DNA of 64,000 nucleotides, from positions 92,508 through 156,507 of the forward strand of contig DATKZF010000001.1 in the NCBI GenBank assembly GCA_035528115.1. Direction: 5' to 3'. The position numbers were made by a program, and so were the translations under genes. This document shows, in pieces, positions 59,460 through 64,000 of this stretch. Position 1 is the stretch's first letter. Every line of letters begins with the position of its first letter. Source of the stretch: Candidatus Bipolaricaulota bacterium. Lineage in GTDB: Bacteria; Patescibacteriota; Patescibacteriia; UBA11705; DATKZF01. Under the pieces are notes generated by a model. It did not search any database, had not been told where the DNA came from, and saw only the letters and a list, made by a program, of their open reading frames with translations.

Positions 59460-62405
59460 CTATAACTTTTTGTATTCACAAATATCTTTGAAGTCACAAA
59501 AACCGCAGACGTGCGAACCGGGCGTCGGAGCAAAATCCAAATCATGTATCCGGCGGATATCTTCCAATATTTTCTGAACCAATTTCTCCTTGTCTTTTTC
59601 AACTCCTACAAACGGCAATTTTTTATTTCCTTCCAAAAAATAATAAACCAAATTCCCGGCTTGTTTGTTCAATTCTTTTTCCACGGCCAATTGATAAAGC
59701 AAAAGTTGCCGTTTGGAATCGGCGTCAAGGGACTCTTTGGCCTGGCCGGTTTTATAATCAATAATTTCCACTTGGTCGCCGGCGATTTTATCGATTCTGT
59801 CGATTCTGCCGGAAATGGTGTAATCCCCCACTTTCATGGTGAACGGCCGCTCGAGCAACCAGACGTCAGGCCGTGTTTCTTCAAAATCGCGATAAAAATT
59901 TTTCAAAGCGACGCGTCCTTTTTTCCGATATTTCATTTCGGTTTCTTTATCCGGATACCAATCAGAGCTCCAGTTTTTCTCATACATCTCCAGCAAATCT
60001 TTTTCCGACAAAACATCGGCGGATTCTTTGGACTGGGAGCCGAAAAGATCGGCTTGCGGCGAAGCGCCCGCATTGGCGCGAATGGCCAAAAATTGATTCA
60101 AAGTGCGATGAATAACGTCGCCGAAAGTGAACTGAAATTTCCCGGGCACCGGAATTTTTAAAACATTGGCGAATTTATATTTCAGCGGACAGCTCTCGTA
60201 GGCGGTCAGCTGACTGTGGCTGAATCTTTTGGGAATTTCATAAAAAGGTTTTTCATCTTTTTTCTCCTGAGTTCTTTCCATTTCCAAAGCAGGCTCAATC
60301 TCCTTTTTTTCATAACCCATTTCCGCCAAAAACCTGGAAGGTTTTCTGGCGCGGCCGGAACCGAAGTCCTTGGCGGACAGAAAAAACAAACCGTTTTTGG
60401 CTCGCGTGGCCGCCACGTAAAAAAGCCGGCGTTCTTCCTCAATATGAACATCTCCGGACGGCAGTTCAAGGTGCAACAAAGCGTCGGGAATCTCGATCGG
60501 GTCTTTTCGGCGATCCGGCGGAAATTTTCTTTCCACCAAATCAGGGATAAAAACATATTTGAATTCCAAACCTTTGGCTCCGTGTACGGTCATCACCTTC
60601 ACCATGTCCGGCCCGCTGTCAAAATCAATTTCCACGGCGCCGGTTTCCCCTGACGACAATTCCAGAGTCATCAATTCTTTGAAATCCGCCAGCTTGGCGC
60701 CAATGGCTTCTTTTTCGAATTGTTGAATTTTTTTGTAAAAAGTTTGCAAATAAGAGAGGCTGAGTTGATTCTCTTTGTTTTCTTTGGATTTTAAATAATC
60801 AATACAACCGGAATCATACAAAAAGCCGACAAATACTTTAGATATTTGATCTTTTTGCGACAAATTCAAATATTTATCTATCAATTGAATCAAGCCTGAC
60901 GCTTTCGAGTATGTCCGTTCTTCCAAACCTTTGATCGCGTTGATTTGTTTTACGGTCTCATAATATGATTCGTTTTTTCTTTTGGCTTGATAAATGATTT
61001 TAACCACGTCCTTTTCCGGCAAACCCAGCCAAGGACTGATCAAAACGCGATACATGGCCGAGGCCTCATGATAATTGTCCAGTAAATTAAAGAAAGCCAG
61101 CGTGTCCAAAATAACCGGTTTGGAATATAAACCTTTGAGCGATAAAAATTGGTGCGGCACGTCGGCGTCTTCGAGCAGATGATTGAAAAATTCTCCGGAG
61201 TCGTTTGATCTGACCAGGATCGCGAAATCATTCCATTCTGCGTTGACATCGTTTTTTTTCAATTCAATGATTTTTTTGATAATAATATCGGCCTGATCTT
61301 TCTGGCTTTGAGCCAAAAAATATTCGATTTGACAATCTTCGTCTTTTTGAGAAATCAACCGCTTGTTGATGTTCAATTCAACCTCGAGTCTGTTGGGATT
61401 GTTCAGTTTGATGAATTCATAGGCTTTGTCCAAAATTTTCTGGCAAGAACGGTAATTGTTTATCAAAACTATTTCCTTGGCGTCAGGATAATCTTTTTTG
61501 AACTGCATGATATTGCTAACCGAAGCGCCGCGAAACCTGTAAATGGCCTGGTCATCGTCTCCGACCACGGTCAAATTATTCGTTGGCGCGGCCAGCATTT
61601 TAATCAATTCGTATTGAGCCGTGTTGGTGTCCTGAAATTCGTCAACCAGAATGTATTTGAATTGTTTTCTAAAACGACTCAGGATCGCCGGCCTTTTCTT
61701 GAAAAGCTCGATCGCGTAATTTATCAAGTCGCCGAAATCCAAACAATCATTGTCCAGCAACAATTGCTGGTAAACATGATACGCCTCGGCCACCTCGCCG
61801 ACTCTGAGAATTTCCTGCTTGGTCGCCTCTTCCCTTTCCGACGAGGACATGTTTTCCAAATCCAGAGTCTGCACGAAATCAGCGGAATCGGTGTTCAACT
61901 TCAATTCCTCGGCGTATTTTAAATAATCGGCCGGGGAAATCAATTCATCCTTGCAACGCGAAAAATGCCTAAGCAGAGAATGAATGTGTTTATTGGGATT
62001 TCCCAGCGGACGATAATAATCGAGCTTGAATTTGTCGAAATTTTTCTTTACCAAAATCCATTGGCCGGTCTGGTCCAGCAATTTGTAACCAATGGGCAGG
62101 CCCATGTCCGAGCCGTAAAGCCTCAAAATTCTATCCGCGAAAGAATGAAAAGTCAGAATCCAATTATCGAAAGTCCCGTACGGCAACAAGCGATCGACTC
62201 GCTCGGCCATTTCCTCGGACGCTTTTTCGGTAAATGTGACGGCCAAAATTTGATCCGGAGAAATCTTTTTTTCCTCGATCAAATAAGCTATTCTGCTCGT
62301 AATCACCGTTGTTTTGCCCGTGCCCGCGCCTGCCACGATCAAAAGCGGCCCGTCACTATGAACAATAGCCTCTTTTTGCTCTTGATTGAACTTAGATATA
62401 TCCAT
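59460..62405 (-). CDS. UvrD/PcrA-type helicase fused to a PD-(D/E)XK nuclease with Fe-S Cys motif (AdnAB/AddAB-like)
   Basis: AGAGTGKT, VDEFQD, GDDDQAIYRFRGA, TVHGAKGLEF, EERRLFYVA; C-terminal ESCP, GRIDRID, IIDYKTG, CGFCDFKDIC. Confidence 0.9.
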   Translation of the reverse strand: MDISKFNQEQKEAIVHSDGPLLIVAGAGTGKTTVITSRIAYLIEEKKISPDQILAVTFTEKASEEMAERVDRLLPYGTFDNWILTFHSFADRILRLYGSDMGLPIGYKLLDQTGQWILVKKNFDKFKLDYYRPLGNPNKHIHSLLRHFSRCKDELISPADYLKYAEELKLNTDSADFVQTLDLENMSSSEREEATKQEILRVGEVAEAYHVYQQLLLDNDCLDFGDLINYAIELFKKRPAILSRFRKQFKYILVDEFQDTNTAQYELIKMLAAPTNNLTVVGDDDQAIYRFRGASVSNIMQFKKDYPDAKEIVLINNYRSCQKILDKAYEFIKLNNPNRLEVELNINKRLISQKDEDCQIEYFLAQSQKDQADIIIKKIIELKKNDVNAEWNDFAILVRSNDSGEFFNHLLEDADVPHQFLSLKGLYSKPVILDTLAFFNLLDNYHEASAMYRVLISPWLGLPEKDVVKIIYQAKRKNESYYETVKQINAIKGLEERTYSKASGLIQLIDKYLNLSQKDQISKVFVGFLYDSGCIDYLKSKENKENQLSLSYLQTFYKKIQQFEKEAIGAKLADFKELMTLELSSGETGAVEIDFDSGPDMVKVMTVHGAKGLEFKYVFIPDLVERKFPPDRRKDPIEIPDALLHLELPSGDVHIEEERRLFYVAATRAKNGLFFLSAKDFGSGRARKPSRFLAEMGYEKKEIEPALEMERTQEKKDEKPFYEIPKRFSHSQLTAYESCPLKYKFANVLKIPVPGKFQFTFGDVIHRTLNQFLAIRANAGASPQADLFGSQSKESADVLSEKDLLEMYEKNWSSDWYPDKETEMKYRKKGRVALKNFYRDFEETRPDVWLLERPFTMKVGDYTISGRIDRIDKIAGDQVEIIDYKTGQAKESLDADSKRQLLLYQLAVEKELNKQAGNLVYYFLEGNKKLPFVGVEKDKEKLVQKILEDIRRIHDLDFAPTPGSHVCGFCDFKDICEYKKL

Positions 62406-62440
62406 ATGAGCCTATTTTATCGCAAAAACATTTAAAAATC

Positions 62441-62465
62441 AAAAGGCGCGATCCTCGCGCCTTTT
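62441..62465. terminator. Rho-independent terminator
   Basis: AAAAGGCGCGA-tcc-TCGCGCCTTTT. Confidence 0.7.
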
Positions 62466-62478
62466 CATACCGATTTCA

Positions 62479-63420
62479 TTATTTCAGGGCAACTTCAACG
62501 GCCGAAATAGCCTTGTGCAACGCATTCACTTGAGCCATCAAGTTTTGAACTCTCACGTCAATTTTTTTCTTTTTTACTTCAACTCTTGTTTTGTGCAAAA
62601 ACGAGAACATCAACCATTTTCTGAAAGAAGAGGCCAAACTGCGATTGAGAAGGATCAATTTATTGGTTTCCTCATCAAGCTGTTTTTCCACCATAGACAT
62701 CTGCGACATGAGCTCCTTTTTCGCTCTGACTAATTCTTTTTTCGTGTCTTTATCCGCCGATTGTTCCCCTGTCGTCTTCTCCGCGGCTACCGCTTCCTTG
62801 GCGACTTCGCATTCTTTTGCCGCCACCTCTTTTTCTCCGGATGCTTCCTTTATCTCTTTTTTTCTTTTTTCTATTTTGGTTTTCAATTCTAATGCCCGCA
62901 TTTTCTCTTCAAAAGTCAATTGACTGGTCGGCAAGGCCGCATGCTCCAATATATCTTCATATTCGAACGCGATTTCAATCACCTTGGCCTCCTTGTCCTT
63001 TAACCCGCTGACTTCGCTTTTCTTTTTTGGAATATTAAATTCGTTATCCAAAGCCTTCATTTTTTCCTCAAAAGTCAGCTGACTTGACGGCAAATAAGCG
63101 TATTCAATATTTTTAAATTGTTCGGCTTCTTTTTCAAGCGAGCCCAGCTCTTTTTCAGCTTCCGCCAATCTTCTCGAGGATTCCATTTGAAGCAGGGTAT
63201 CTTTCCAGACCGTAAATTCGGGAGATGAGTTATTAAATTCCACTTTTTCTCCGGCTTCGATTTTTTGTCTTATTTGATCCGCGATTGTCAAAGCTTCTTT
63301 TTTTAATTCTTTATTATCCTTTCCGCCCTCAAGAAGCGTCAAGACAGGTTTTTCACCGGTTTGTTTTTTCCCCCCATCAAACTTATTCGGCGCATAAAAA
63401 TTTCTTTCCGCAAGAACCAT
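62479..63420 (-). CDS. Hypothetical charged coiled-coil protein with internal repeat
   Basis: LP(S/T)SQLTFEEKM(K/R)AL occurs twice. Confidence 0.7.
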   Translation of the reverse strand: MVLAERNFYAPNKFDGGKKQTGEKPVLTLLEGGKDNKELKKEALTIADQIRQKIEAGEKVEFNNSSPEFTVWKDTLLQMESSRRLAEAEKELGSLEKEAEQFKNIEYAYLPSSQLTFEEKMKALDNEFNIPKKKSEVSGLKDKEAKVIEIAFEYEDILEHAALPTSQLTFEEKMRALELKTKIEKRKKEIKEASGEKEVAAKECEVAKEAVAAEKTTGEQSADKDTKKELVRAKKELMSQMSMVEKQLDEETNKLILLNRSLASSFRKWLMFSFLHKTRVEVKKKKIDVRVQNLMAQVNALHKAISAVEVALK

Positions 63421-63520
63421 AAATTTTCAATTATTTGTTAGAAACAAGTTATATTTTATCAAAAAAATCGACTTATTAACAAATTTTATCCACAATTCAA
63501 AAAGCGTCGCTTGGCGACGC

Positions 63521-64000
63521 TTATTCGTAATATTGTCTCTCCCACGCGTCGGGCATGAAATCCCTGTGAGTCCGACTGAAATAATTAAACGCGTAAATGG
63601 CCCCAATCTCGAGCAGAACCCCGCTTGGATTTTGACCCAATCTTGACGAGGGGGAAAGCCCACTCAGCCGTTTGGCCAAACACTCGATCTCCCTCCTCTC
63701 TGTCATTAACTGGCCTTTTGGCTTGTTTGTGTAGTAACTCGGAGACAGGGCTTCACAAAAAGACCTCCACAATGAGCTTCTGGCTCGCTCTTTTTTCAGT
63801 ATGATTTGAAGCCGGTTCTCGGAATCAATCGAAAAAAGTAGCCCGTTATCCTCTCGCGGATACCAAAGACGATATCCGTCTTCCCATTTGGCAACATTGC
63901 CAAAGCCCGAGCTGATTGAGGAAACCGCGTAAAACATACCGATTTCTTGGTAGCTGGGCCTTTCCGCGACTTGAGCGACAAAGCCGAGGCATTTCAACAA
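63521..64000 (-). CDS. Hypothetical protein (possibly 5'-truncated)
   Basis: Open frame to the window edge; followed by the hairpin AAGCGTCGC/GCGACGCTT. Confidence 0.45.
   Translation of the reverse strand: MLKCLGFVAQVAERPSYQEIGMFYAVSSISSGFGNVAKWEDGYRLWYPREDNGLLFSIDSENRLQIILKKERARSSLWRSFCEALSPSYYTNKPKGQLMTERREIECLAKRLSGLSPSSRLGQNPSGVLLEIGAIYAFNYFSRTHRDFMPDAWERQYYE

Noticed and set aside
63474-63494. oriC (TTATCCACA DnaA box at 63486)
   Set aside because: Single perfect box in a short gap; no box cluster or dnaA/dnaN nearby.

Overview
This 64-kb bacterial window uses genetic code 11 and has an AT-rich background. Gene content and style suggest a Patescibacteria/CPR (Parcubacteria-like) genome: many leaderless genes, a short ProRS, a helicase-degenerate PriA, AmmeMemoRadiSam genes and a presenilin-type protease. 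This taxonomy is inference only. The window is mostly housekeeping and envelope genes (glycosyltransferases, rmlC, O-antigen ligase, queA, fmt/def, priA, clpB with a CIRCE site, gltX, serS, lysS, proS, greA, alr, mreBCD-pbp2, a UvrD-nuclease fusion, tRNA-Trp). It also holds a type III restriction-modification island bounded by a 28-bp direct repeat. Most unusual signals: (1) an alpha-2-macroglobulin with no CxEQ thioester that carries a Hint (intein-like) domain in its bait region; (2) a family of exactly 134-bp nested-palindrome intergenic elements (4 full copies plus fragments); (3) two tandem structured ncRNA candidates with their own promoters and terminators, next to a palindromic dif-like site at 46-47 kb; (4) a presenilin/SPP-type protease preceded by an unannotated single-TM micro-protein; (5) a TagA/WecG-NUDIX(RppH-like) fusion; (6) GC-rich SD-led orphan genes in an otherwise largely leaderless genome. 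All calls come from visual motif recognition; no searches were run.
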